A stretch of DNA of 62,401 bases, counting the filler, from Sphacelaria rigidula (taxonomy: Eukaryota), in assembly GCA_964200075.2 (NCBI GenBank). It is 10 parts of 10 records of this genome, joined end to end, with 100 filler letters (N's around TTAATTAATTAA, not from the genome) between each part and the next. Parts side by side here need not be neighbours in the genome. Positions count along the whole stretch, not along the records: positions 1 to 6,151 come from CAXNAA020021918.1; positions 6,252 to 12,402 come from CAXNAA020021919.1; 8 more parts are not named here. One strand, given 5' to 3'. Numbering within the stretch: the stretch's first letter is position 1; every line of letters begins with the position of its first letter. The notes beneath the pieces were generated by a model that was given only the letters and a program-made list of their open reading frames with translations, did no database searches and was not told the DNA's origin. Below, one piece after another: positions 1-12,502 of the stretch. Position numbers and translations under genes: made by a program.

Positions 1-403
1 CTCCAACATTCTGGCGCTCATTACTTTCTTTCCGTAGCTCATTACATTTTAACGGGGGGGGAAGGGGGAGAAACAAGCAACATATGGAATCACTTTGGGA
101 GCAAAAAATGGACTCCACCACAGGTTGGGAAAACATGGGGTCACCCGCCTCGTACGAGGAACTCCGGACGCCAATTTTGTTCGCATCTCTCATTATTCCT
201 AGTATAAGGGGGGGTATGCTGTATTGCTGCACTCAAACGTTGAAGACAACTGGCGTATTCCCAATTTTTCCACATACGCACGGTTGCTGTCGTGCCCGTC
301 GTGCTGCCTTGCGATCTGTACTGTGCGGCCATGACGGCTAGGCCTTGCAAGCAAACAAATAGCACCTTTCGTCGCACTTCCTATATCATTGAGCTTAACT
401 CAC

Positions 404-3400
404 CTGTCTCTCACTAGAAATGCCTTCCTTGGTCCAGCCGGTGATACCACCGGTGGGAGGCAGAAACTGTTCTGCGCTGGCTTCGTCCAGCACACGCCCC
501 CACTGTTGCGCGTTGGTAGCGAAGTGAGTTGCAAGGGGGTGCAGTGCAGGGAGTGACATCAACGCAGCCACGTCGCGGGACTGCCGCTCGGAGAGACTGC
601 GCCCAGGGATGATGGTTGCCGTTTCTGCCAAAAGTACGTCAGCGGCAAATAGTTCAAGAACGTCGCAAAAAGTTTGACTGGGTAAGGTGGCAATAATGCG
701 TCTATTTAATGGTGGTGATGGTGATGCTACACTACCGCCGCGCCCGGCTGGTCAAATGATACCACTGAATCCATTATGTCAGAAGAATGCGATGCTTCGG
801 TTCCCAGCAGATGCAGATGCCTTGAGGAGTATTTCAGGAAACGCATCGGCGTTCCATCGTTGAAATTATGAGAACATGAGCGGCAAAAACCCTTCGTTTT
901 AATTTGACGATAATCGACGCGGTGCAGGAGCACTGGTCAACACACCCACGCGATACCATACTGAAAGGCGTGTACCAGGGGAGAAATGGCTTGATCCCTT
1001 GACACCACGCACTCGTCTCGAGTAAGGGGAGGGCTTAAACGTGTGCCGAGGGAAAAGAGGACAGTTATGGGTGGGACTGAGGTAGGCCTTTGCCCCGTAG
1101 ACTCTTTTGGGACGAAAATGAACATGTTTTTGGCCCCAAAGAGCCTAAGGAGCAAAAGCCTAGACTGCGGGTTGATTTTGGGCACCATATTTCGGGAAAG
1201 TGTGCATGGACACCTGTCCACAACAAAAAATTAAACCTGAACGAGCCAACCAATAACAATCACAAGTATATACGCATCACCTCATAATAACGACCCGGCC
1301 TTCATGGAATGTACCATGTAGTACGTTTCTATAACAAGCCTGTGACTGACGTTGCTGTACATCTATACATGGGGACACAACAAGAGGAGGATAGAAGCTG
1401 TGTTCCTGTTACTGTTGTGCCCCAGTTGTTGCACTAGAGTTCTGCTGATGTTTGTTAATTAGCATTCAAGAAGCAAACGGCCGCGAGCCATCACACCACG
1501 GTCACCGTCCTTGTGAGCATTACGAGACAATAATACGAGCAGCAGCAGTAGTAGTCGCCGCCACAGACCACAGTAGCAGCAGGGAACGTTTTCCTGGCAT
1601 GCTACTGTTACAGTACCGCCAACATGCTGCTGGTCCCAGATCCGAGAGTACCGGTCTTTCCACACGGATTTCCCGGCAACCAAGCACAGGATTGGACTGC
1701 GATTTCTTGCGTGCGTTTGCCTCACACCCAAAATAGGGCACTATCCAATAAATTCCGGTGACGCGTTCCACAAAAGTTGCCCCAAACCAGAGTGTACTAA
1801 AAAAGGCTGTTTCTTGCTTTTTGGGGTTCACTGTGGCGATCTGAGCAAATTGATTTCCCGATTCCCTAGCTTTTGTGCTTGTGTGTGTGCGGGGCGCTGT
1901 CAAGTACCACAGGTCGGCTTGCTTCCCATGTCGAGAAAAACGCTATGAAAGGGCTACATTTGTATACAACAATCAAGTTAATTGGGGAGCGAAGATCGTC
2001 TCGATTCGGAACAGCTCGGAACAGCTGATGAAGTGTTCATCATTCCCCCGCGTTTTTTTCTGTTTTTTACATGTTTTCTTCTTGTTATGGCCCTCATTCC
2101 CACCCATAACAGTGCTAGATGCGATTTATAGCGGTGGAAGCCGGCTCGCATCATTACTCCCCCAGGCGGTAAAGGCCAATCCACTCCACGGCTGGGTCCC
2201 ACTTCGAGGCGATCGGTCAAGTTCTGCCTGTACTAGTTGTGTACCGCCAATTAGTGAGACCCCACTCTAACTTATATCAATTGTTAGGGTTGTGACAGAC
2301 CAAAATAGTCCTCAATTCTACCACGTAGGAATTGCCAGGGAGCTGACGGTAGGCAGCACATGAAAGCGTGGGACGAAGGAACACTGCTGTATCCTCACCA
2401 GACGCCGGCGTTGCACCTCCAGTCCCAGTCGCTCTAAGCAGCACTTCGAGCTCTTCCTGCGTGGGCGACCTGTCCTTGTCTCCCTCTACGTACAGCTGGA
2501 TTATGACACCACCAGAATACCACCGCGCCAAAATACGCAACATCAAGTGTTCGGCTATTATGAGCAATACACGTCAAGTCCGTAGTTATGATGAGCGATG
2601 ACCTTACATCGCACAGGGGTTCAACGTTATTCAAAAACAATCTCCGCTAGTATCATGCACCACGGAGATGAGTGCTCCAGAGGCAAGACATCACAATACG
2701 CTTGCCGTGTGCTTGCCCAACACAGCCAATGTCAGAGGGGTGGGGTGGGAGGATCTAAGGATCTCCCACGTACAAGGCACCCTATCTTAAAAACCACATC
2801 AAAGCCGGCCGCGAAAAATGAAAAAAGTTCAATAACCGGAGATGCACCGGTTCAGTAAAATGGACACGCGACGCTGCTCGTACGGAAAGCCTCCGACAGA
2901 AATGAAACAAAACCAACGGAACACCATCTCCTGCAAAGCAGCTTGTTGTCATCCTAGCATGCTATCCACAGAGGCATAATGCATTGGGTCATGTTTTGTT
3001 TGGACCGATTCAAGAGGACTACATCCGCGTAAAAATACAACAATATCAAAAATCACAGACGCCACAACAACGAGGCCAAAAATAACTCTTGGACGGCAAA
3101 TTGCGCGGGCAATTTCCCAACAAGCCCGTCAACTATTATTTATAGAAACAGGCAAGCAAATATCATAATTCCAAGAGACCGTAACAAAGCTGTGTCACTG
3201 ATATCTGCACATGAATAGGGGAGCAAACATTCGGGTACAGCAAACACTAAGAGCACACATGGCGGAATTGCAAAGTGTACCCAAATCTGTCCAAGTGCGG
3301 ACCTGCGCGAGACGGAGCGCGAAGAGCAATCGGTCCTTGTTGAGCAGGCTTCTGCACACCCGGCGGGACACGGTCTTGAACAGCCGGGACTTCAGAACGC

Positions 3401-5609
3401 GCAGCCTTGCCTGTGGGTTGGCGTTGACCTTCATTTTCCCGCTGCTGTCTGTCTTCGAGACCTCCTTCGAGTTCGCCAAAACCTATCATACGGTTTATTC
3501 GTAAATTTAGTGTGGACGGAGGGTCAGAAAGTCAACCCCAACCATAACCAGCAACATATATACCGCTACATGTGTGATGCTAGGGATGTTACAAATCTTG
3601 TTGCGATAGCTACTGCCAGCTATGCACAAGAAGAGTCGGTAGCTACCTCAGCGAGTATATCTTGGAAGAATCTCAGAGAGAAGTGGTAAAGGAAGTGAAC
3701 GTCCCTCAGAGTCTCCAGTGCGAAGTAGAGCTGGCTGCACGCCACGGCAAGAGACTCGTATTGTCCAGACACGGCTTCCACCTCCAACATCACATCCGAC
3801 GTGTGTGCCACCTGTGTCGAATCAACATCGGGCACAGAAAACACAAAACAACGCAGCGCGTGCCGCCATGGCCGTGAACTTAAAGTCAACACTTAGTGGG
3901 AGAGGCGGGGTGTTCGCTGGGAAAGCACAGCGTGATGCACGTGAAAAATACGAAAATCATCAGTAACCACCTGAAATCACAGAGACAGAGTTAGCACAGA
4001 TGACCAGCAGGTACGATTGCCGATTCGACTATGCTGACGGTTGTCCGCGGACGAAGAGCTTTTTCTTTTACTCTCGACAAAGTGTATAATATTCATAGTT
4101 TGACGTTCCTACTTGTGCGGGACAGGTTTCGGTGATTTTTCCGCTCCCGTGTAGGGAGACCCTGAAAACTATTATCGGTCATGTACAAACGCACGAGACG
4201 CGTAAGAGTGACTCACCTCCTTGGCGACGTCGCCTGCCTCTGCCTTGAGGTCTTCCAGAGCCTGCACCACGGTGTCATCATCCAGGATAGTGCCCTCCAC
4301 CGCAGAGATTGTGTCCAACAGTCGCTCCTCCAGTTGACGGAGCTGTATACATTTACAATTGAAAACATCAGATTCCAGTTCAGTGGAGTACATGAGCTAA
4401 AATAAATGATACGGCGTACAACACCTCGAGCCGAAGAACGCATGGGATATCACAGGCACGACACTCCGTGTGTTTGACTAATGAAAACACTGTCCTGAAG
4501 CAACAAGCAAATGTGATATTACACGCCTTTAGGACAATTAAAGTATACGTACACGTCAGTGATGCACTGGTTTGCGTGGCAGAATGATTCGATCAAAATC
4601 GGAGGGCTGCGACAGAGCAGATTCGATGCTCAACACACGAGTGCAAGCTAACGACGCATCCATAGGCGTTACCGAGGCTCGCCTCAAGACAACAACAAAA
4701 ATAAGCCATGAACATACACGTCAACACTCCGTTGGGCAAGACTTACGGCTCATCACAAAAGGTACGACAGAATCAACATTGTTTGGCACTGAATGCGTCC
4801 ATGACACGCTTGGTGTGCCATGACTAGCTTGGTGGGTACCTTGACGCTCTGCTCTCCCTGCAGCTGCAGCATCTTGGTTCTCCGCTCCTCCACATCAGGC
4901 CTCTCTGCTCGAAGTAGTGATCCCAGGGCCTGAAGGATGGTCGAAGGGTGGTCGAACAGGAAAAGGAGGAAGGGGAGGTCGAAAGTGGTTTGTGTAGAAT
5001 TTGTGAGCTGACACCCATTACCCAACGTGACACACCACTCGACCGTTCCAAAATGTTCTTGGTCAGAAAGAAAGAGGAACATAAGCCTGAGCGTGTTTAC
5101 TACGGATCGCTGCCCTTACAAGCCACCTTGCAATCAGCACCAACCGGAACATTACCACGACTGCAAATACAAAAAAAGGCATCACGGCGGGATACAAGAT
5201 GACTGGCCACATCCGGTCCTACAAGCCGGCAGGCGCGCCGGCGGTAATCTTGACCACCATCGTGCTCACAGAGAGATGACGCACCGACACTCTGGAAAAC
5301 GATACTGAGCGATGACAGGCTCATAATACTGAACAACGAGAGGCGAACTGCTTTTGGCACTGCTACAGCTACTTCATGGCGCACCTGGCTCTGCAAGCTG
5401 GCAGGCGTGACCGTAAAGTTCACCAAGGTTACCCTCGAGCACAGATCTGGAGCGAACCTAGCCCCCGGGTTCCTCGTGACGAGGAACAACAGGAAGTCGG
5501 GACTGTAGTCGATATCTTCCGAACCCAGACGGATTAAAGTGCGCCCGCCCGTCCGTTGCAGCTCGCGGTTCAGAAGAGGGTTGAGCACGGGGTCCACCGT
5601 TTCCACGTC
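404..5609 (-). CDS. DYNC1H1: Cytoplasmic dynein 1 heavy chain, internal fragment (AAA5-AAA6 region), 7 exons
   Basis: Phase-compatible GT-AG exons: 5385-5609 ([75 protein letters not shown]), 4840-4929 ([30 protein letters not shown]), 4217-4342 ([42 protein letters not shown]), 3647-3811 ([18 protein letters not shown]...[17 protein letters not shown]), 3303-3482, 2399-2495 and 404-624. The joined peptide follows the known cytoplasmic dynein HC sequence. Confidence 0.95.
735..1040 (+). mobile_element. Degenerate copy of tRNA-derived SINE family A, in a dynein intron
   Basis: Aligns by eye with 10760-11105 (e.g. tttgacga...gcggtgcaggag...ccacgcactcgtctcgag). The A and B boxes are eroded. Confidence 0.55.
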
Positions 5610-6151
5610 CTTCTCGCAGAAAGTCAACGATGGGAAACGGGAATGTATGAGCATTTGGTTGAAAAAACAACACGGACGCGACGACGGTGTTTTCGTGACA
5701 GCCACAAAACCCCTACGAGCCGGGCCAGCCCAGAAACGGATTTAACCTGGCAGAGCAATATCTCATCACCGAAAATGAATTGGGCCGTGGTCTGCATATC
5801 GTATTAGTCGTCGAATCAAGGGGAAGGTGCCCATCTACTCAAAAGTTTGGGCTCATATTTTCTCGTTGATTACCCCGTGTCTAGTATTCCTTTACCTAAG
5901 GGAGATAGCGCCAATACTAAAATCTCTGTGAAACTATCGATTTATGCATTTAGCCGATGGCGACGAAAATTGGTGTGGAGAACCGCAGAAGAGTGCCGAA
6001 TAAAATAAAATAAAATGGGCCTTCGTTTATTTTTTTATTTATAGAGATTGGAGCATTCTCGTGAAGAAATGGTCTTCACCATACTAACACGCCCTCAACC
6101 AGTGAAAAAATGGATTAAAAAAAATCTGGTCCACTGAGTTTTGTTAATTAT

Positions 6152-6251
6152 NNNNNNNNNNNNNNNNNNNNNNNNNNNNNNNNNNNNNNNNNNNNTTAAT
6201 TAATTAANNNNNNNNNNNNNNNNNNNNNNNNNNNNNNNNNNNNNNNNNNNN
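6152..6251. other. Artificial contig-joining spacer (44 N + TTAATTAATTAA all-frame stop + 44 N)
   Basis: Identical spacers at 12403-12502, 18654-18753, 24905-25004, 31155-31254, 37405-37504, 43655-43754, 49904-50003 and 56153-56252. Contig lengths fall from 6151 to 6149, so they are size-sorted. Confidence 0.99.
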
Positions 6252-9200
6252 GCAACTTCGCCCACATGAGAGGCGTGTAGCAGTCCGAAATCAGCTATAA
6301 CGCCCAAATCAGTCGCGTCGTTCAGCACGAAACCAGCTTTAACGACACTTATGATCATCGCCTCCGTGCACGTTTTTGGCCGTTTTTTTGGGGGGGGGGC
6401 TATCTCGGCAGCAGTCCTCCCTGGATAACTTGGGTAAGGTTTGTCCAATCATACCACGCAACGGATGAAGTGTGTCCAATTATATCCATCGACAATAATT
6501 AGCAAAATCACTACGAAACATTCCATTCAAAATATAGCAATGGGCTCCAGGGTCCAACCCGACACGTTTGTATATTAGCATTTGTAGATGAGGGAAGCAC
6601 CGCTTTGACGGGCTGCAGCATCGGGTGGCGAGTTTTCCAAGCCACACCGGACATACAGCATAGTATGGCTGAACCCAGCGAAATCCCGTCACCACATGTG
6701 GAAGGCACAGTGGCTTGTGCGGGCGGTACATGGCGGGCGGAATCGCAGGAGTCCGAACAGGCGATATACATGTACGCGGGAGGGAGCCAACGGACACCGC
6801 CTACCGTAATCAGGCCAGATGAAAAACACTACAGTCAGTAAATACAGTAGGTTACAGTATTGACTTGCGGCTACACTCCGTGCAAGATAAATATGGGCAT
6901 GTCGTGAAGAGTCGGCTACGAGAGTAGACGGCACGAGACGATAGCGGTAGCCGGCGTCATGAATCTCATGCAGCATGAAGTATGTCTGTGCATCGGTCGG
7001 GAACGATCAACCCGCGGTATATATTTGGGGGGGAAACTGTGCCTTACGCTACGCGGTTGTGTAATACTCAGCCCGAAGTATGATGTCGGCACGTACTTGG
7101 CAGAGCGCAGTTCTGTGCATGCCCCGCGTTTTACAGAGATATTTCTGAAATACAAAACAGACATGACACGAAGCAGTAAGGTATCACCCCTGGGGCGACG
7201 GCACTTGGCAGACTCTACACCACAGTGACGGTGCATAACTGCAGGGCACATGGCGTCTCCGTCGCCTTTACCCATTTTTCAAAGGGCGGGATGGTGCTGT
7301 CGGAACGTGCATGAGCGCGATGTTGTGCATGACGTGAGTCTGCAGTTGAGATCACCCCAAACTGCTGTAAACACACCCAGTACTGTACAGGGCAGTGTCG
7401 CAGCACCCCCGGCGGCACGGAAAGGTGACTGCCTGGGATTGTATTGCACCGCCAGTTCATAAATTTAGCGAATGTGCCATCGGCGTTGCCCTTGTTGCTA
7501 TGACACTGCAAAGAGTATAAACCGCCGTGGGCAGGGCGTGCAGATCAGGCGGGAAGCATGCTTCACAGAGGCCTGCCGCGCACTGTGGCCGGCGCAGGAA
7601 CTCCTGAGTGTAAAAAAAAACTCCCACGGGTCGCAGCAAGAAAATAGGAAACCTTCTCTTGTTCCACTTGTCACTCGTTCAGGTCTGAAAAATACGCGTT
7701 TGGCCAAAATTGTTGCGTCTAAGCTGTAAACTATCAACCATATCTTGCTCAAAAACCGTCGATTGCAAATGATCGATTTTCCATTGTGAGTTCCGAAAGG
7801 GTTAACTTCACTTTCAAGTTCAATAACCGATCGGAGTTGGGGAGAGGACTCAGAACACAATTCCCAATGCTGTGCTGTCCGGCTTTCCGGAGTAAAAATC
7901 CGTTTATCAAAGGGTGTTATTGAACGTATATGGCTCGAAAACACGGTTGATCGTCCGGAGCGCGACGAGCAGCCGAAAATAAGCGAGACCCTGAAGCTAT
8001 GCACTCGCCCCCGACGACCGGCTCGCCCTCAAGTCGCTCGTAACTGATCGCAGAAAATATAATATTGTAGGAATTTGTGCTGGGTAGGTACTAGTGGCTC
8101 TTGACTCTTGACTCTCGACTTTCAAAGTGGGGGATCACCCGGTAACCGCGATGAGTCTTGTGAGTCTCAATGACCGAAGAAACCGAAGAAATCGGCTCCA
8201 ATCGTTTTTTTTTCTTCATATTTCGAGTACAACAGTAGGGACATACATGGTCTCAACTGGCTGTAGTGATGCCGGAAGCCAGTGTGCCTTGAGCCGGGCA
8301 ACCGCACGGAGTTTTATCACGAGAGCTTCAACGATAACCCAGGCTGGTTACGCTGGCGTACTCCCCCGTCCATCCCCTCAAATAGGATCCGTGCCGTTAC
8401 ATCGTACTGTACAATGTGCACAGTGAAATATTTTGAGGTGTAATTTAGTCTGGGCTGCCCGAGTACTGGTCGCGTTGAGCATACATTACAGTATCCCGAA
8501 AACTATGGAATCTCGTTCATCTTCCCCCCCCAAAACGGTTGATACGTTTCCCCCGAAAAAGGGTTAATACGTCGGCCTGGATTGATCCGAACCCTGGCCC
8601 CGGATGCGTGAAGCATCACAAACGCGAACCGTACCTCTGACCTTGACCACCACACCGTACGCGTGGAGTGTCGGCACAGCTGAAGTCGGCGCCTGGTTGG
8701 TTAATCGGCGCGCCCAGATTCGGATTTGAGCAGGGACAGCACTCTGGGGAAAACCTCAGTACAGCCACCACATAAACGTCTGAAGAATGCGCTGGAGCTC
8801 CCAACATTCTGTATTTGTATACCCCAACTGTTTCTGCCAACACTGCTAGTGTAGTGAAAAAAAACTGTGTAATTAGCTCTTGTACTGTTAGATGGAGGCC
8901 TGGGAGCCGGTCAGAGGCAGATGTGTAGTTGGACCTTTGAGATAAGGAATATATTTTTCTTCGAACTTTGTATGGTGAAACCCTTGTTTCTTCTCGTGGT
9001 CGTGTCGGGAGCTCACGGACTCCTTTGGCCGTCAAATAGCCACAGCGTCGCAAATCACAGCGGGAAAAGTGACGATAGCAGACACCGCTGCGGGTTTCGG
9101 TAAATACTTGGACTGCTACTGGGGGGGTGAGGTGGCGGCACAAGCCAAAACGTCTCATTGTTGGCCGGGGTCCATGAAAAACCCGTCTTATTGGTGGTGG

Positions 9201-9962
9201 GAAGCCCGCAATAAGACGGGTGATGACGGACGAAACAAGTCCCGCCTTGATGGGAGAAATGTTGTGACATGCCGAAAGCACCCGCCGTATTGGTAGCCCC
9301 ACCGTATGAGATGTCGTCTGGACACGGGTTCACCACGGCATAGTGCTCTCCCAAAGCTGACCTTAACGAGGTGACGTGTGATGACATCATTATCAGTCTG
9401 CGTTAATAATTTGTATACATTTTGAGTTTCACTATAGCTCTGGCTTCTTTCTTCGAAGCCTGCCAATCGCAACAGCATCATCAGGCCGTGCTTTTCCATG
9501 TTTTGCTTCGATCGAAAACAAGCTGTGGAACAGACTTTTCGTATCTGATACGTCCACGTCATTCATGCTCTCGGATGGCTACGATAATTCGCGCGCAGCC
9601 GGCAGGGTGAAAAACAGAAAAACGTACTAATTGCGCTCGAAAACATGCAGCGGAATAGAACGAAGAGGCACTCGACTCCTATGTTGCACACCACCACGCA
9701 TGCAGATAGTGTGGACAGTCCTGTGCTGTCTATACTGTATGTTGTGCCCTTTTTCACATCCTGCCGTATGAAACACACATACTGTGCGACAGTATACTGT
9801 ATAAACAGCACTGTACTGTCCGCGCTGAATACAACTGGACAAGTGCCGCTTCACGAATTCCTCTGTCTTTTTCTATCGAAAGCGTGCAAATGCGATCGAC
9901 CTAAACCGTGCACGACGAATGAATTATATTCCGCCGCAAAAATTCGTCCCATAAAAAACTAC

Positions 9963-10110
9963 CTTTCGATCGTAAAAGAGCGGGGGGGAAGAAAATATTC
10001 GATCTGATGGGTCAAGATGGGTCGTCATATATGTCCACGCCATTTATGTTGGTATGACGACCTATCAGATCAGATGTTTTTTCTTCGACCGCACTTTTCG
10101 ATCGAAAAAA
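9963..10110. repeat. Imperfect inverted repeat, MITE-like hairpin
   Basis: tttcgatcgtaaaagagcgg...gatctgatgggtc...gtcata pairs with tatgacgacctatcagatc...cgcacttttcgatcgaaa. Confidence 0.55.
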
Positions 10111-10759
10111 TAATTCGCCAAGACACACCCTCACCCGTATTGCGCTTCATGATGAAACACGCTTCAAGAAAACCACTCGATGGAACAGTGTTGCTGTCAC
10201 TTTCCAATTGGAAATTTATGTATACTGCGCTGTGCTGTGCTGTGCTTTTGTACAGGCCTGTTATGACGATTTCACCTTCCGCCGGGGCCAAGCTCATTCT
10301 ACGGATGACGAAGCCCTGCCCTGCCCTGCGAAACATGGGATCGAGTTGGTGCCAGGAATGCCATCTGGCACAGTAGAGCTTACGCATTAGTTAGCAGCGT
10401 CCCCACAACATTTTTTTGTTGCGACGTCAATTTGAGGTCTGCTAACACACTTGGCAGAGATCAAAATTTGCACCCATCTTGCCAGAGATACGATCTGCAC
10501 CCCGCAGAAGCTTCACTTGAATGGCACAGAGGAAGTACTGTACTTCAGAAGTCACCATCACCAACATTGTTTTTGTAACAGACATGATTAGCCGAGTTCA
10601 CTCGACTGACAACACCCCCTCTCCTTCTCTCAAAACGCAGCATAAGAACACACAAACAAATATTCCGATTGTTGAGATGTTCTTGGCAGGAGATAGATGT
10701 AGAGGCTATTCGACGCGAAGCTTCGTCACAGCATACGTTTTTGGTCATTGGTCACAACT

Positions 10760-11105
10760 GCCGCGGCACCCCGGTGGTGTAAATTAAAACGGTCCGACTG
10801 TCATCATCACGGTGAAGAGGACGTGGATTCGATTCCCGATGCGCTCGGTTTTCTCTGCAGAGTTTTCGATTTTCACCGTCGGAAGCGTAAATATGCGAGT
10901 AAACAAAAAGCACTTGACCCAGTTTGTTTGACGAGAGCTGACCCGGTGCGGGAGTGGAGTGCTGATAGTCATGACCTAATCCCCGAGACCAAAATGCAAG
11001 GCGTGAGCCGGGGAGATATGGGTCAATCTTTCGAGACCACGGACTCGTCCCGAGGAGAGGGGGGGTTCAAATTGCGACAAATAAAGCAAAAAAATTATAT
11101 GTGTA
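10760..11105 (+). mobile_element. tRNA-derived SINE family A, near full length
   Basis: A-box-like CCGGTGGTGTAA..ACGGT, B-box GGATTCGATTCCC (10825-10837), a body shared with 45950-46286 (minus strand) and an A-rich tail. Confidence 0.75.
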
Positions 11106-11233
11106 AATATATATAATGATAAGCACACCGTCTGTTGCCACGAGCAACTACCTGCTCCATGGTCGTGTACTCTGCTGTTGCCTCTGGGCGGGCTGCTGCG
11201 TTATGTTCGGGAAATCGCTAAGGTTTCCAACCC

Positions 11234-11372
11234 TCTTGGATCTTTGGTGTTGCCGGGGTCATGAGCGGTATTGTGGAATCACTGACGGGCAAAACAAGAG
11301 GCACTTGGATCTTTGATGTTGCCGGGGTCATAAGCGGTATTATTAAATCGCTGACGAACTAAAAAAGAGGCA
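11234..11372. repeat. Tandem duplication of ~69 bp
   Basis: cttggatcttt(g/a)gtgttgccggggtcat(g/a)agcggtatt...ctgacg...aagaggcact occurs twice in tandem. Confidence 0.75.
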
Positions 11373-12502
11373 CTCGAAAGCTCAGTGCAAAATTTATAGC
11401 ATGCTTGCTTTCTGCCGGTTGTGTGCTCAGTTACACTCACCACATCACGAGCTGTAGACATTACCTGTCGTGCAGACCGTGCGGTAGGGCACACTCTGTG
11501 CAGCACAGCAGGCAGGTGGGTCGCTGATGGATAATCTGCTCATTTCCAGAACAAATCAGTTTCTCTCTGGTATGCCTGCAACCGGCGACCACACTTGACC
11601 CCATCACCGCAGCCAGCGCTGCCGACATACACACCGTCAAAGAAGATTGTATCGGGTGTGCTCGGGGGTTGTGAATACAGTAGCTTACTCAACCGTTCGG
11701 TGCGGTGCTGATAATATCTTGTTTGCAGTGGATGCGCTAGTGATGCACCTGTACAAACAAACAACAAAACCATTTTTCAACCGCCCTGCGGCTCATACGC
11801 TTGGGCCATCATTTAAGCTGCACCGCGGCACCTTCGTACCATACTGCCCTTCTCTGCGCGCGCTGATTGGCTATGCACATCAATGTACTTCATGATTTTT
11901 TTAATGGCGAGGCGTTTGGCCCTGTCTAAGGCCCTGTCTTATCGAGAAAGAAAAACAAAAGAGAAACGCAACATGCGTCCAATAGCAGCGCGTTGATTGA
12001 TCGCCGGGCGGGTCTATGGTTGCGGCGACCAATTATTATGCTGCTCTTCAACGCTCGCTTTTCAACGCACGCGTCATTCTACGCTTCTGTTTTCTGTCTC
12101 GATAAGTCACGATCTGACACAAGTCACGACCTGACACAAGTCACGACACCAAAAATAAGAGAGCCATAATCGAGAGTTTCGGAAACACAAATCAGAACTC
12201 AGGGATAAAAGCGAGAACGACTGGATTGTTTATGCTTAAACCCAGGTTTGTCTTTATTTATTTTCACCACGTCGGTGTGGACCGTGGCCAACTTTTCAGG
12301 GTCTAGTTTTTTCTGTTCCGAATGCCACGTGGTCGGTGTCATGAGTTGAAAAGGTACAAGTCGCGCCGTGGTTTTCTGCGCTTGTACTGTGTGCCTACCC
12401 ATNNNNNNNNNNNNNNNNNNNNNNNNNNNNNNNNNNNNNNNNNNNNTTAATTAATTAANNNNNNNNNNNNNNNNNNNNNNNNNNNNNNNNNNNNNNNNNN
12501 NN

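Noticed and set aside
141..377. Further dynein exon
   Set aside because: The phase-0 reading after the candidate acceptor hits a stop at once, and the open frame lacks the expected RPDR motif.
8616..9302. 228-aa ORF or LTR
   Set aside because: No recognisable motif and no paired LTR. Only a 13-bp perfect hairpin (9181-9221) suggests a repeat remnant.
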